The translations under genes were made by a program, and so were the position numbers. This document shows positions 28,143-38,412 of a stretch of 64,000 nt of DNA, piece after piece (positions within the stretch are counted from its first letter, which is position 1; each line of letters opens with the position of its first letter). The DNA lies in NCBI GenBank assembly GCA_022801595.1, contig JAAWSO010000005.1, forward strand, positions 57,622 through 121,621, in the 5' to 3' direction. Below the pieces are notes generated by a model that did not search any database, was not told where the DNA came from, and saw only the letters and a list, made by a program, of their open reading frames with translations. Source of the stretch: Clostridiales bacterium. Lineage in GTDB: Bacteria; Bacillota; Clostridia; Oscillospirales; Acutalibacteraceae.

Positions 28143-28625
28143 TCACTTTTTCTTGCGCATCTTCAAATCAATATTGTTCTTTGCTGCTGCGGTCTGAAGC
28201 AATCCCGCAGCAAAAGCGCTCTTTTCTTTGAGCGTCAGCGTTTCCAAATCGGAGCGGCACTCAATTTGCCTGAATACCTCCCGCAACTCTTGTAGGTTCA
28301 AAAGGTTTACTGCAACACAAAAGAGAGTCTTTTTGCGCCCGTCATTAAAGTCGGATAGAAGGACATCCAGTATTTTTGTCTTTTCCATCTGCTCCGCATT
28401 GTAAGCGTCTATTCCAAACTGCCGAGCTTTTTCCATATCAGACTTCCGACCTTGGTGGGTTATAAAGGAATCAAAGTCATCCATATGCTCATACTGGGGG
28501 CAGGGGTATTCACTGCACTGAAAGCAGTATTCTATACCATCATGCTCCATGCTGCATCTTGCAATTTTACAAGACTGGTTTCCTGCTCCACCACCACAGC
28601 CAGGACAGTGTTTACTCAAAAACAT
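28143..28625 (-). CDS. DUF3795-like cysteine-rich protein (5' end possibly damaged)
   Basis: CPGCGG..C..ARC...CFQCSEYPC pattern. The in-frame upstream sequence (RKWFAIVFGKIHCGLCP) has no start codon, and a separate MKKQRLKAYQP frame lies upstream, suggesting a 5' frameshift. Confidence 0.55.
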   Translation of the reverse strand: MFLSKHCPGCGGGAGNQSCKIARCSMEHDGIEYCFQCSEYPCPQYEHMDDFDSFITHQGRKSDMEKARQFGIDAYNAEQMEKTKILDVLLSDFNDGRKKTLFCVAVNLLNLQELREVFRQIECRSDLETLTLKEKSAFAAGLLQTAAAKNNIDLKMRKKK

Positions 28626-28819
28626 GGGGCATAGCCCACAATGTATTTTCCCAAAAACTATTGCAAACCACTTACGGTTGATACGCTTTCAATCTCTGTT
28701 TCTTCATTTTTAAAGGAACTATATTGTCAAAAACTTCATGAGGCCAATTATGCATTTCCCCAGTCATACTTTTTTCTAACTCTTCTATAGAAGCACCTCA
28801 CATTTGTGATTCAGATATT

Positions 28820-29242
28820 TTACTTACTTTCTCTGCGAATACGGATCAACTTCAAGGTGTCTTGATATACACAATCATTTGAATGCAGTTCAATCATAAG
28901 CCACCTTTGCCCGTTGCCTTCTTTTGTTTCATGGTAGATTTTCTGCATTTCATCAGATAACTGAGGCAATATTCTTTCAACCTTTTCTTTCTCCTTATTG
29001 CCAATAACCACCAGTACGGTGAAGCAATTCTCTTTGGGATAGATAACACATAAAGATTTTCCTGCTTTTCTCAACTTTATATTCCATCCACGGGCCCAAA
29101 CGTCTTTACTGTATTCAATTTTTCGCAACGCATTATATTCACTATCCATAAATTCACAAAACTGGTTGAACAGTGGGTTCCCGATGTAATCACTCATGTC
29201 ATAAATATCTGGCATATAATTTATATCCTTTAAGTCCAGCAT
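28820..29242 (-). CDS. DUF3788-like protein
   Basis: 140 aa. FCEFMDSEYNALRKIEYSKDVWARGWNIKLRKAGKSLCVIYPKENCFTVLVVIG matches my memory of DUF3788 proteins. Confidence 0.55.
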   Translation of the reverse strand: MLDLKDINYMPDIYDMSDYIGNPLFNQFCEFMDSEYNALRKIEYSKDVWARGWNIKLRKAGKSLCVIYPKENCFTVLVVIGNKEKEKVERILPQLSDEMQKIYHETKEGNGQRWLMIELHSNDCVYQDTLKLIRIRRESK

Positions 29243-29302
29243 ACCGATTCACAGTTTCTCCTTTCCAATTACAATATCAGATGTTGCTTCTGTAGGTCAC
29301 GA

Positions 29303-30136
29303 TCAGTTAGCAGAGAAATCTATGTCATACCTCGTCCCGTGTGAGAAAAGAACTCCTTCTGTTAATTGCACACACAAGATAATCGTATTTTCATCATCAA
29401 AATTGTTGTGTCCGTTATCGATCCATTCGCTGAATGCCTGTCTCAGCTTTTGGGCAATTTCGTTGTTTTCCTTTTTGCAAAACCAACCTAGGTTTTCCCC
29501 TTTGCCATGAGCGGTAAACCATTCGCCGGCCACCGCCACTATGGGGTTATTACCTATCTGTTTCATTTTATTGGACGTAGCATATGTGATGATATAAAAA
29601 CAACCATCCTCATAATAAGCATTAACCGTCCTCACATACGGAATATTTTGACCCGTTGTGGCAAGTGACAGTAATGTATCGTGTCCAAATCTTTCATCCA
29701 TTATCTTTCTCGCTTCTTTACGAAACGCAGCCTTTTCTTCTACCCTGAATTTCAGCGGTTGTCCACCATTTACAGAAATATGGAACTGAAGCGGTGGATA
29801 TGCCTGCAGAGACACATTCTCTGTTTTCAGGACAGAGGGCACAATACCATGAAAGCTCTTGAAAGCCCTGGTAAACGCTGTTGGAGACTCATACCCGTAC
29901 TTGACAGCGATATCAATGACCTTTCCAGTGTCTTTTTGTAGCTCTACAGCCGCCAGAGACAATCTGCGTCGCCGTATGTATTCGCGCAGAGTCATATCCG
30001 TCAAATAGAGGAACATCTGCTGAAAATAGTAGGGCGGGCAACCGGCCACTTCCGCCACCTTTTCATAGTCCAGCTCCTCCGTTATATGCTGTTCGATGTA
30101 TTCAATTGACTGGTTCAATCGTTGCATCCATTCCAT
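29303..30136 (-). CDS. AraC-family HTH regulator fused to a PNPOx-like (FMN-binding split barrel) domain
   Basis: N-terminal AraC HTH (REYIRRRRLSLAA...GYESPTAFTRAFKSFHG). A short stub of a GyrI-like domain (LKFRVEEKAAFR). Then LSLATTGQNIPYVRTVNAYYEDGCFYIITYATSNKMKQIGNNPIVAV, typical of pyridoxamine-5'-phosphate-oxidase-like proteins. Confidence 0.6.
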   Translation of the reverse strand: MEWMQRLNQSIEYIEQHITEELDYEKVAEVAGCPPYYFQQMFLYLTDMTLREYIRRRRLSLAAVELQKDTGKVIDIAVKYGYESPTAFTRAFKSFHGIVPSVLKTENVSLQAYPPLQFHISVNGGQPLKFRVEEKAAFRKEARKIMDERFGHDTLLSLATTGQNIPYVRTVNAYYEDGCFYIITYATSNKMKQIGNNPIVAVAGEWFTAHGKGENLGWFCKKENNEIAQKLRQAFSEWIDNGHNNFDDENTIILCVQLTEGVLFSHGTRYDIDFSAN

Positions 30137-30435
30137 AACATAGTTGCGCTATTTTATCACTTCATTATAGCTGATCCTTTCATAATTTTCCTCGCATTCA
30201 GACTATACCAACTGATAGCCTGAATGCGCAGATATTGTCTCACAGAGACTGGGATTTCTTTTCTGTGAAATTTATTACTGTATCACGGCAACCTTGCTTT
30301 AACCTTTTCGGAATGTGGTTTTAACCTTGATTTTTACAGTTCTCTTTTTATTTTATATTTTCTCAATCGGTATTAGCCGACAGATCCAGAGATCAGGTCT
30401 TAACCGTTTTCAACTTGTTCAGTATTTTATTTAAC

Positions 30436-30464
30436 GCAAAAAGGACGCCCACCTGGAGCGTCCT
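30436..30464 (-). terminator. rho-independent terminator
   Basis: Minus strand: AGGACGC tccaggtgg GCGTCCT followed by TTTTTG. Confidence 0.7.
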
Positions 30465-30748
30465 GGAAATACAAATGCTGTATTCATTCAGCTCCCTACG
30501 TTGGTATTAACCAACAGGTTCAAAGGTCAGGTTTTGCCTTCTCAACTACATGGTAGTCCCCCTGCTTATGGCTATGATACGATTTCTGTGTGAATTTGTT
30601 AAATCGGCTTATCCAGTCGTCTGTTGCTTCACGATCAAATTTTCATAAATCCCAAAGTGTCAGTTGATTCTCCTCCTCTTCCGGAAATTCCGACAGATAT
30701 GCAAAAATCTGCTTTTTGTCATGTATAATGCCATTTTTTCGCATGCAT

Positions 30749-31339
30749 TTATGTAGTGCATGGTTTGTCTTCCTTACCCTCCAGTGCTTTTGTCCCTGCT
30801 ATAAGAACCTGCAATGAAAGTTCAAAGCTCTCTTCAATAGATATTGGGTTCCCAAATGCATGGTTATTTACTAGTAGAGCAAAGCCTTCCAAAAATCCCC
30901 GGTATGTCCGTATCAGGTGTTCGCTATTTTCCTTTGAAATATTTAATGCGGCAAATACCTTATATAACATGGGAATCAATTCTTTCGTTGCATTTTGTGT
31001 TTCCTCGCTTTGAAATTTGTTGTACCAAAGCATTGCATTGAAAACACCAGGGTTATCGATTACGTATTTATAAAATGCACGGCAGACTGCTTCTAACGCA
31101 TCATACCCGCTGATGCATATAACAGCATCTATCATACTTTTTTCCACTTGTTTCCAACCCAAAAGCATGATTTCTTTTTGCAGATCCTCAATCCCTCTAA
31201 TATGATTGTAGAGTGATGGGGATTGAACCTTCAGATTTTCCGCAAGTAATTTCAAAGTGATTTTTTCGATTCCTACTTCGTTTGCCAGTTCAGCTGCTCT
31301 TTTTATCACGGTTTCCTTATCAAGACCTGCTCTTGCCAT
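30749..31339 (-). CDS. TetR/AcrR-family transcriptional regulator
   Basis: 196 aa. N-terminal HTH ITLKLLAENLKVQSPSLYNHI. Confidence 0.85.
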   Translation of the reverse strand: MARAGLDKETVIKRAAELANEVGIEKITLKLLAENLKVQSPSLYNHIRGIEDLQKEIMLLGWKQVEKSMIDAVICISGYDALEAVCRAFYKYVIDNPGVFNAMLWYNKFQSEETQNATKELIPMLYKVFAALNISKENSEHLIRTYRGFLEGFALLVNNHAFGNPISIEESFELSLQVLIAGTKALEGKEDKPCTT

Positions 31340-31414
31340 TTCACACCTCCAAAACTATCTGTATTTACACTATAACTAATTTAATTAGTTTTGTCAAGAT
31401 GCCACCTATCCACG

Positions 31415-32122
31415 TCACACTTCCATATTTTCTATTTTCTGTGCCATATTGTATATCAGCAAGCTCCCGGCAAGTAAAATAATGACCGACAGGCCAAGCA
31501 CAGTTCCAAAGCTGTTATTGATATCTGCTGCCAGATTCACAAGCAACATACTGAATGCAATCGCGCTGATCACTGTCATAGAATTGGACTTTTTGATAAA
31601 ACCGATTCGCAATGCGCAAAGGGCTATTCCGTTTGTAAGGCATACCAGCACAAAAGCATTTCGGATAACCAGAATCAGATCCATCAATTGAAGCGTGTCA
31701 TCTACTAATGAAAACAGTCGTCCGGTTATGGCAAAAAACACGAAGCACCCCATAGTAGCCAACAGAAATGTTATACTGATAAATGCAGTCAGCAGTTGGA
31801 TTTTTGCCCAAACCGTCTTCTTTCTGCTAATAGGATAAGTAAAAAGAAGAACTACATTTGCGCCGCTGTATTCTTTGATTACATAACGATATCCCATTGC
31901 AGATGCTAAGGATGAAAACGCCATAAGTGCGATAGCGCCACTCATAGCCGATATTCCCTTATAGGTAGAAAATTGGGCTACAACATTTGGATCTGGTGTG
32001 CCAAGACTCGGTACCCAGGCAAATATATGGGCAAGCCCCAATAGGCAGACAAATATAGCGACTGCCGCAAAGCAATAGGACTTGATATTCGTTTTCTTTA
32101 GCTCCAGTCTCAGCAAATTCAT
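31415..32122 (-). CDS. ABC-2-type exporter permease
   Basis: 235 aa with six TM segments. Overlaps the upstream ATPase gene by 4 nt. Confidence 0.7.
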   Translation of the reverse strand: MNLLRLELKKTNIKSYCFAAVAIFVCLLGLAHIFAWVPSLGTPDPNVVAQFSTYKGISAMSGAIALMAFSSLASAMGYRYVIKEYSGANVVLLFTYPISRKKTVWAKIQLLTAFISITFLLATMGCFVFFAITGRLFSLVDDTLQLMDLILVIRNAFVLVCLTNGIALCALRIGFIKKSNSMTVISAIAFSMLLVNLAADINNSFGTVLGLSVIILLAGSLLIYNMAQKIENMEV

Positions 32123-32835
32123 TTTTCGACACCTCCACTCATGATATTGAAAAAGTAATCCTCCAGCCCCTTTGGGCAGGTTTCTCTTATCTCCGCAATT
32201 GTAACCTCTTCGGCAATGGTTCCATTTACCAAGACACCAACTCTGTCTGCTACATGCTCAATCTCATTTAAGATATGGCTGGAAATCAAAATCGTCATAC
32301 CACGGTCTTTAACTAATGATAAAAACAATTCTCGCATTTGCCGGATCCCCATAGGATCAAGCCCGTTAATTGGTTCGTCCAATACTAAAAGCATTGGCGA
32401 ATGGCTGATTGCTCTGGCAATAGCCAAGCGCTGCTTCATACCCAGAGAAAATTTTGAAACGGGTTGTCTCCCGATGTCAACAAGACCTATCATCGTCAAA
32501 CTCTCTTCAATCCCTGCAAAATTACATCCCATATAACTTAGATGGATCTCCAGATTTTCTCTTGCAGAAAGATGCTCATAGAAAACAGGAGTTTCAATCA
32601 GGATTCCCATCTCTTTCAGAAATCTCTTGTTTTTCGTATGGATTTCATCTCCATGAAACCGAATTGTTCCGGCAGTGGGCTGCAACAGACCGGTAATCAT
32701 TTTAAAGGTTGTAGTCTTTCCAGCACCGTTTGCGCCGAGAAGTCCATAAATGCTGCCTTGCTCCACATTCATATTGAGCCGTTGCAGCACTTCTTTTCCA
32801 TCAAAGGTTTTGATTAAATCATGAATTTGGATCAT
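32119..32835 (-). CDS. ABC transporter ATP-binding protein
   Basis: Walker A GANGAGKTT, signature FSLGMKQRL, Walker B LLVLDEP. Start at MIQIHDL (GGAGGG SD). Confidence 0.9.
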   Translation of the reverse strand: MIQIHDLIKTFDGKEVLQRLNMNVEQGSIYGLLGANGAGKTTTFKMITGLLQPTAGTIRFHGDEIHTKNKRFLKEMGILIETPVFYEHLSARENLEIHLSYMGCNFAGIEESLTMIGLVDIGRQPVSKFSLGMKQRLAIARAISHSPMLLVLDEPINGLDPMGIRQMRELFLSLVKDRGMTILISSHILNEIEHVADRVGVLVNGTIAEEVTIAEIRETCPKGLEDYFFNIMSGGVEK

Positions 32836-33520
32836 ATCGTCCCTCCGTATAACTTGTGTAATGCACTTCATGAAATGGCCTTACGTCTAAACTTGCCTTA
32901 CAGCCAAGCCGTTTCGCAATATAGCGCATAATGAGTCTCTGAATATGTTTGAGCGGACCATTGGCCATGCGGATCTGTTTTTCTGAGAGATATTCCGGTA
33001 TGGAGAAGGTCGTGATGATTTCCTGACTGAAATAACTGCACTCTCCAAATAGCCTCCTGATTTGAATAAAAGGCTGCAGTAACTTTACACCTAGCTTTTT
33101 TCCCATTAGACTAAGACCAAACATATCACCTTTTATAAAAGTACCGCTATACTCACATCCAAACTTCTTTGGCAGCATCTGTAAAAATTCTTCGCAGCAC
33201 CGTCCTTGAGAAACTTCTGGGAACCCACCTTGCAGAAGAAAGGAAATCCGAGTCCCAGTCTGATCTTTTGCAGACAGATCTGCTAAAAACTCAAGTATGA
33301 TCCCCGGAACATTCTCCACATAGAGCGGCAAGGCGAACAGTATATTCTCATTTTCCGCAAAAGCAGTTTTCGCACTCTCCCACTGCTTTCGGTCTGACAG
33401 ATACCAAATCTCAGATGTATTCTCACCGTTACTCAAGCCAACGCAAAAAGCATCAATAATTTTCGCCGTATTACTCTTAGACTGAGGCCGGGCGGCACCG
33501 CTGATAATCACTACATGCAT
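32819..33520 (-). CDS. flavodoxin-fold NAD(P)H-dependent oxidoreductase-like protein
   Basis: 233 aa. N-terminus MHVVIISGAARPQSKSNTAKI and FALPLYVENVPG fit the flavodoxin-like fold. Confidence 0.5.
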   Translation of the reverse strand: MHVVIISGAARPQSKSNTAKIIDAFCVGLSNGENTSEIWYLSDRKQWESAKTAFAENENILFALPLYVENVPGIILEFLADLSAKDQTGTRISFLLQGGFPEVSQGRCCEEFLQMLPKKFGCEYSGTFIKGDMFGLSLMGKKLGVKLLQPFIQIRRLFGECSYFSQEIITTFSIPEYLSEKQIRMANGPLKHIQRLIMRYIAKRLGCKASLDVRPFHEVHYTSYTEGRYDPNS

Positions 33521-34021
33521 AACGGCACCTCCTCACAAGCCTCAACAGGGAATGCCCCTAGACTGATTCCATGAAAATTCAGGCAGAACCGGTTCATCCA
33601 ACGCTTCAGGTACTCCTGGTTTCCATCACCAGCATATAAAAGTCCGAAGCGGAATTCCTTTTCATAACGCGGAATATGGCGCGTCTGACCATTTTCAATC
33701 CTAGTATACATAGTTGCCATCGGCAGCATTCGATCCACAATATTTTTCAGTTTATAATCAATGAATCCTAAAGTTGTGCCAGATATGAAAACTGTAGCAT
33801 CATATTGCAAGTAAGCCCGTAGCAGCTACTCATATCCGTCTTTGATACTACAAATACCAGGTGTTTTTAACCAGCAATCATTACATCCCATACAAGGCAT
33901 AATTTTTCTCTCTTCCGTATGGATAATCCTATATTCTGACCCCCTTTTTTGTAAGGTTAGAAATCGCTTTTTCAACTGCCGAATGACTTTTGGGCAGTAT
34001 ATTGATAATGAGTAAACGCAT
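33511..34021 (-). pseudogene. flavodoxin-family / iron-sulfur flavoprotein-like gene, disrupted
   Basis: MRLLIINILPKSHSAVEKAISNLTKKG (SD GGAAAGGAGAAAGGG) shifts frame at the A6G5 run (33940-33950) into EYRIIHTEERKIMPCMGCNDCWLKTPGICSIKDGYE. An in-frame TAG follows (33826-33828), then LLRAYLQYDATVFISGTTLGFIDYKLKNIVDRM. Confidence 0.75.
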
Positions 34022-34129
34022 CCCTTTCTCCTTTCCGTCTGATTCAACCGGATAAAAAAACCACCGGACTTACAAAATAAAGTGTAAGGCCGGTGGAAAC
34101 CCCCAAGTCAAGAGGGAAGTATATAAAAC

Positions 34130-35082
34130 TTATTTCAAGGGAACCCATATCTCATAAAAGTGCTTATCTGACTGGTCACTTAGCATTGCCATACGGATGA
34201 AGATATATACTACACCACGAAAAGCTGCATGATTTTGTTCAGCCCATTCATGGCATAGAGAAAACATTTTCTCAGGAATAGAGGTATCGCTATTGTCTGC
34301 CAGTAATGTAGTATAAAGACATTTTCCATGCTCCAGATACACTTTATTCTGCCTTCTATGCGCTTTTCCAGCAGGTTTAACCACGTACATCTCTGAAGCC
34401 TTATAGCCTGTTTCATCAAAAGTAAGCGCCCGGATCATGCTTGAAAGAATATCCTCAATCTTTGTATTCGCTAAAGGACGCTACTGAAGGGAATCGTTCA
34501 GCAACATAATATGGTGGAAGTTCCCGAATCTCAAACTTACCAGCCTTTTCAGAAAGGCCCTGACAAAAGCACCGTGTTTCCTTCAACCGCTTCTGCATTT
34601 TGGAAAGATGGTCAATCTGAGTCTGTAGGCTATCGAGCTGATGGTCAATCTTTCCAAAGTATTCCTTGTTTTTTATAAAAATCAATGGACATCAAACGGG
34701 ACATATCATATAGATCAAATTCACGGTACTTACTGTACTGCCCCCTTTTGGGTCTAATCAAACCAATTTCCTCATAATACCGCAGTGTTTCACGAGTAAG
34801 ACCAAGATGGTTAAATATATCCTTCGTATGATAGACTGCCGTTTCTTCATCTCCAAGGCCAAGCGCATCTTCGGCAGAGTGACTTTCCTTTGCTTTTATA
34901 ATCTTTCTGGAGCGCCGCTTATCCATAGGCTTTTCAGCATCTAAGGGGACAAACCAAGTCTTTCCCCTTTTTACAGCTCCATTGATTCTCCCTGACTCAC
35001 AATAATATGCAACCATGCGGCTGGATACCATCCACCTTTCTGCTGCTTCTTTTTTCAGTTTCAAACCTAGTGCCGCCATCAC
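34130..35082 (-). pseudogene. MerR-family regulator with GyrI-like effector domain, split by at least two frameshifts
   Basis: Three consecutive ORFs in different frames. The first holds HTH/MerR motifs (LGLTRETLRYYEEIGLIRP). The second holds a coiled linker. The third holds the GyrI-like end (TFDETGYKASEMYVV...FYEIWVPLK). The first shift is at an A6 run near 34680. Confidence 0.7.
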
Positions 35083-35185
35083 AGATGGTTTTTATGACAA
35101 ACACCGTATCGTCATCATATCTAACCTCTCCAACACAGAAAAGACACCAATGCTCAGTAAATACCGGGCATTGGTGTTTTCCTTC

Positions 35186-35827
35186 TTATATGATACGCTT
35201 ACGGAGCTTTTGATAAAGTAGCGACGCTGCAATCATCAAAACACCCGCAGCGAAAAGCCAGATTTTTGCTTTGTAGTTGCCGATAGCCATGGAGAACAAA
35301 TAGAAACTGCCGAGCTTCGGTCCTATACCGATATTGAGCGCATAGTACAGGAGCGGCGGCATATATCCAATTACCGTATTCCCTGTCAGCGCCGAAGTCA
35401 GCATCCCCATGGCTCCCAAAAAGATAGCGTCCGCTACCGTTCCCAAGGCCATAACCGGCGCCATATCGCAGCTGCGTATTTTCATATACACAGTAAATGC
35501 GACTATGAGCAATATCGCTGCCACCGCGGAATATACGGTTCGTATCAGATAAACTTTTTCCGTACTGCAATATTTTGAAGATACCAGATCGTTTATCTCT
35601 TCGTTCTGTTCCGGCTGAAATACCGGCGTCAGCAGCACAATGCCGATCAGGGAAACAAACATTTCCAGCGGCATGGCTGCAGCGTTCCGATCCAGATTCG
35701 CTGTGCCAATGAGCAGCGATACCAGCAAGCATAAAATCCCGGCTACGACAATCGACAAAAGTGAGTTATGCTTGAGATTGATTTTTGCGATTTCTAACGC
35801 TGGAAAACGCTCTTTTGATTGATTCAT
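35186..35827 (-). CDS. integral membrane protein (putative ABC exporter accessory permease)
   Basis: About 213 aa with six TM segments. Last gene of the ATPase-permease-membrane protein operon. Start uncertain; it overlaps the upstream gene by about 60 nt. Confidence 0.55.
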   Translation of the reverse strand: MNQSKERFPALEIAKINLKHNSLLSIVVAGILCLLVSLLIGTANLDRNAAAMPLEMFVSLIGIVLLTPVFQPEQNEEINDLVSSKYCSTEKVYLIRTVYSAVAAILLIVAFTVYMKIRSCDMAPVMALGTVADAIFLGAMGMLTSALTGNTVIGYMPPLLYYALNIGIGPKLGSFYLFSMAIGNYKAKIWLFAAGVLMIAASLLYQKLRKRII

Positions 35828-37121
35828 TTCCACCAAATTTCCCCTTTCTTTTTGCTTCATAAATTAGAATGGTAAAGATAACCAATAGAAGAGAGAGTCC
35901 TGCCATCAACAATCTGTTTTGCATAAGGTTCTGGAAGTTGTCAAGATAGTCCTGGGTTTTAAACCAAGTGTCTGCCCCTATATTATGGCGGGGAGCCAAA
36001 CGAATCAGGGAATATCCTGAATGAACCGTTTTGATCCCCAGATTGATATCAAACATCCACCACAGTCCCTGCACAGCAACTGCAATCGGTGTACCAGTCA
36101 GTTCTGTCAGAAACATGCCGATTGCTGTGGATATCATTACGCTGGGCATAAGCCAGCCCGAATCATATTTCAGCGGAGCCAGGTAATCCAGATGCATTCC
36201 GCTGTAGGAACCCCATACTACCATGTTCGACAGATATGAGAGGATAAGCACCGGGAGCATTGTTGCAGTAACCAATGCAACATATCGAATCACGGTCAGT
36301 TTGACCGCGGATGTCTTCTTTGTATAAATAAGCGCTTCCATTTTGGCACGCTGATCTTTCATACACAGAATCACTGCCAAAAATACCGGCAGAACGGAAA
36401 GCACCATTGCGCCTGCGTAGTCAGAGAACAGACGGGCGTATCCGCCGGTAATCTGGTCTGCGTTTAGGGCAAGCTCATATCGCTCCTTTGCCTCCTCATA
36501 GGTCAACGGAACTGTTCCATACTGAGACAGGGAATCTGGCGCATATTTTGAACTGCCACCCAGAAGATCGTCTGCCTGCTTCATCAGCTCCCGGAAGCGG
36601 GAATATTCCAAGTCGTCACGTACTGCAAAGGTCAGCTTTTCTGGTTCGTTCTGCTGCTTTGCATCTGAGCCTATGGTAAAATTGTCATCTTCCCCCTGCT
36701 GCATAGTATCTCCACCGATTTGGAAGGTGTAATTGTCGGAACCGGCGGAATCAATTCCTGCTACTTCCCGCAGAAGTGTTTCTTCGCTGATCCCTGTAAT
36801 CTCAGAAAGGATTTCGGCCATTCCTGCCTGCTCACCTTCACCGAGCTTGACATGCTTCATAAATCCAATGGGATAGGTGGTATAGTTATTATTGCTGAAC
36901 TCCGACAGCAGATTACTCAGAGCGGATGGCATAACCATCTCCGGAATTTCTTCATACCTGTACCCATAACTGCCGTTAACGCCGCCCGGCTGCGGTTCCT
37001 GCAACGGATCTTCGTTAAAACGAAAAACGCCTTGGGAGAACAGTCCGATTATGATAGCTGCGACAAAAATCAGATAGGGAATGGACTTTACAATCTTTTT
37101 GATTTCTCGCACAAACAGCAT
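35766..37121 (-). CDS. ABC exporter permease with large extracytoplasmic loop
   Basis: About 451 aa. TM1, then a loop of about 200 aa, then five TM segments. ATG overlaps the ATPase stop (TGATG). Confidence 0.65.
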   Translation of the reverse strand: MLFVREIKKIVKSIPYLIFVAAIIIGLFSQGVFRFNEDPLQEPQPGGVNGSYGYRYEEIPEMVMPSALSNLLSEFSNNNYTTYPIGFMKHVKLGEGEQAGMAEILSEITGISEETLLREVAGIDSAGSDNYTFQIGGDTMQQGEDDNFTIGSDAKQQNEPEKLTFAVRDDLEYSRFRELMKQADDLLGGSSKYAPDSLSQYGTVPLTYEEAKERYELALNADQITGGYARLFSDYAGAMVLSVLPVFLAVILCMKDQRAKMEALIYTKKTSAVKLTVIRYVALVTATMLPVLILSYLSNMVVWGSYSGMHLDYLAPLKYDSGWLMPSVMISTAIGMFLTELTGTPIAVAVQGLWWMFDINLGIKTVHSGYSLIRLAPRHNIGADTWFKTQDYLDNFQNLMQNRLLMAGLSLLLVIFTILIYEAKRKGKFGGNESIKRAFSSVRNRKNQSQA

Positions 37122-38023
37122 CACCACTCACCTCCAATTTCACCCAGGATATCACGAACGCCGCTGGTATGGAGATATAGCATATATGCATCCTCAATAT
37201 TCGGCTCGCAAGCTTTGGCTCCCTGCATTAAGGTATCTGCAATAAACCGGATGTGAACTTTATTGCCCTGTGTGTGCATACTGGTAATAGAAAGCTGCCT
37301 CTTGAGCTGGGGAAGTTCCCGCTTGGAAGCCGTCATGGTAAACACTCTGCCTTCTGCCCCCTGCAAAAGCTCATCCACCGTACCATTATAAATAACTCTG
37401 CCTTCGTTGATAATGGCAATGTCCTCGCATGTGGCTTCGATATCCCCTACAATGTGGGTAGATAGGATGACAATCTTATCCTCCGCAATCTCAGACAACA
37501 GGTTTCTGAATCGAACACGTTCCTCCGGATCCAGGCCAGCGGTGGGTTCATCAACAATCAGTACCTTGGGGTTGTTGAGCAATGCCTGGGCAATTCCAAG
37601 TCTTCGTTTCATGCCGCCGGAAAGTGCCTTTACTTTTTTGTTCCTGTGTTCAGTCAGATTCACTTTTTTCAGCAGTGCGTCAATCCGTGTCTTTCTTTCG
37701 GTACTGTTCAGTCCTGAAAGGATTGCCAGATACTCCATGGCCTCCCCCACATTCATGGATGGATATATGGAAAACTCCTGGGGTAGATATCCAATGATTT
37801 TACGAATTTCTCCAGCGTTTTCAATGGGGACACCGCACACTGTAATTTCGCCGTCCTTTTTCTGAAGTAGCGTAGCCAGTGTCTTCATCAGAGTGGTTTT
37901 GCCTGCGCCATTGCGTCCTAGCAGTCCGAACATTCCCTGATGGATGGAAAGGTTTACATCATATAGCGCCTGTTTCTTTCCATAAAATTTATTGAGATTT
38001 TTAATTTCAATGGAATTATTCAT
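37121..38023 (-). CDS. ABC transporter ATP-binding protein
   Basis: Walker A GRNGAGKTT, signature LSGGMKRRL, Walker B VLIVDEP. Confidence 0.9.
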   Translation of the reverse strand: MNNSIEIKNLNKFYGKKQALYDVNLSIHQGMFGLLGRNGAGKTTLMKTLATLLQKKDGEITVCGVPIENAGEIRKIIGYLPQEFSIYPSMNVGEAMEYLAILSGLNSTERKTRIDALLKKVNLTEHRNKKVKALSGGMKRRLGIAQALLNNPKVLIVDEPTAGLDPEERVRFRNLLSEIAEDKIVILSTHIVGDIEATCEDIAIINEGRVIYNGTVDELLQGAEGRVFTMTASKRELPQLKRQLSITSMHTQGNKVHIRFIADTLMQGAKACEPNIEDAYMLYLHTSGVRDILGEIGGEW

Positions 38024-38319
38024 TTGAAAAAGCTCCTTTCTCCAGATGTATCTCTCATCTGACAGGTATAGGATAAAAGGAGATTTTCAACTTTTTGTCT
38101 ACACAGGGAAAAAGTTTTATGTTGTATAAATAAATAGACCGGCTGCCTCCAGAAATCTTGTCAGATGAACTTTCTTTCGTCACCAGTTCTCCCCAAAATC
38201 CTATTGCTCACAATGGCATATATTTCTCAAAGCGGCATTGCTCAACTACTTCATTTCATAAAAGTGCAATTGCTTTTTGAGGACAAGAACTAGTGCAACG
38301 ATAGCACATCGTGCGTTGT

Positions 38320-38379
38320 GGATAACTCTGTTTGCAGAATGTGGTTTAGCTTTTCCATGTTCTGTGAACAGAGTTATCC
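38320..38379. repeat. 13-bp perfect inverted repeat separated by 34 nt
   Basis: GGATAACTCTGTT (38320-38332) and AACAGAGTTATCC (38367-38379). Lies between the ABC operon promoter region and repeat copy A. Confidence 0.85.
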
Positions 38380-38412
38380 ATGACGAAACAGCCTGTTATG
38401 CACATTTCCACA

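Noticed and set aside
35199-35732. 177-aa alternative-frame ORF inside the membrane-protein gene.
   Set aside because: It is on the same strand as the 35186-35827 gene but in a different frame. Its product is Gly/Arg/Ala-rich without TM segments, whereas the chosen frame gives six clean TM helices.
38317-38325. Perfect DnaA box (TGTGGATAA, the reverse complement of TTATCCACA) plus two near-matches (38374-38382 and 39944-39952).
   Set aside because: A single perfect 9-mer is expected by chance at about this frequency in 64 kb. There is no AT-rich unwinding element or dnaA/dnaN context. The near-matches are simply part of the repeats described elsewhere.
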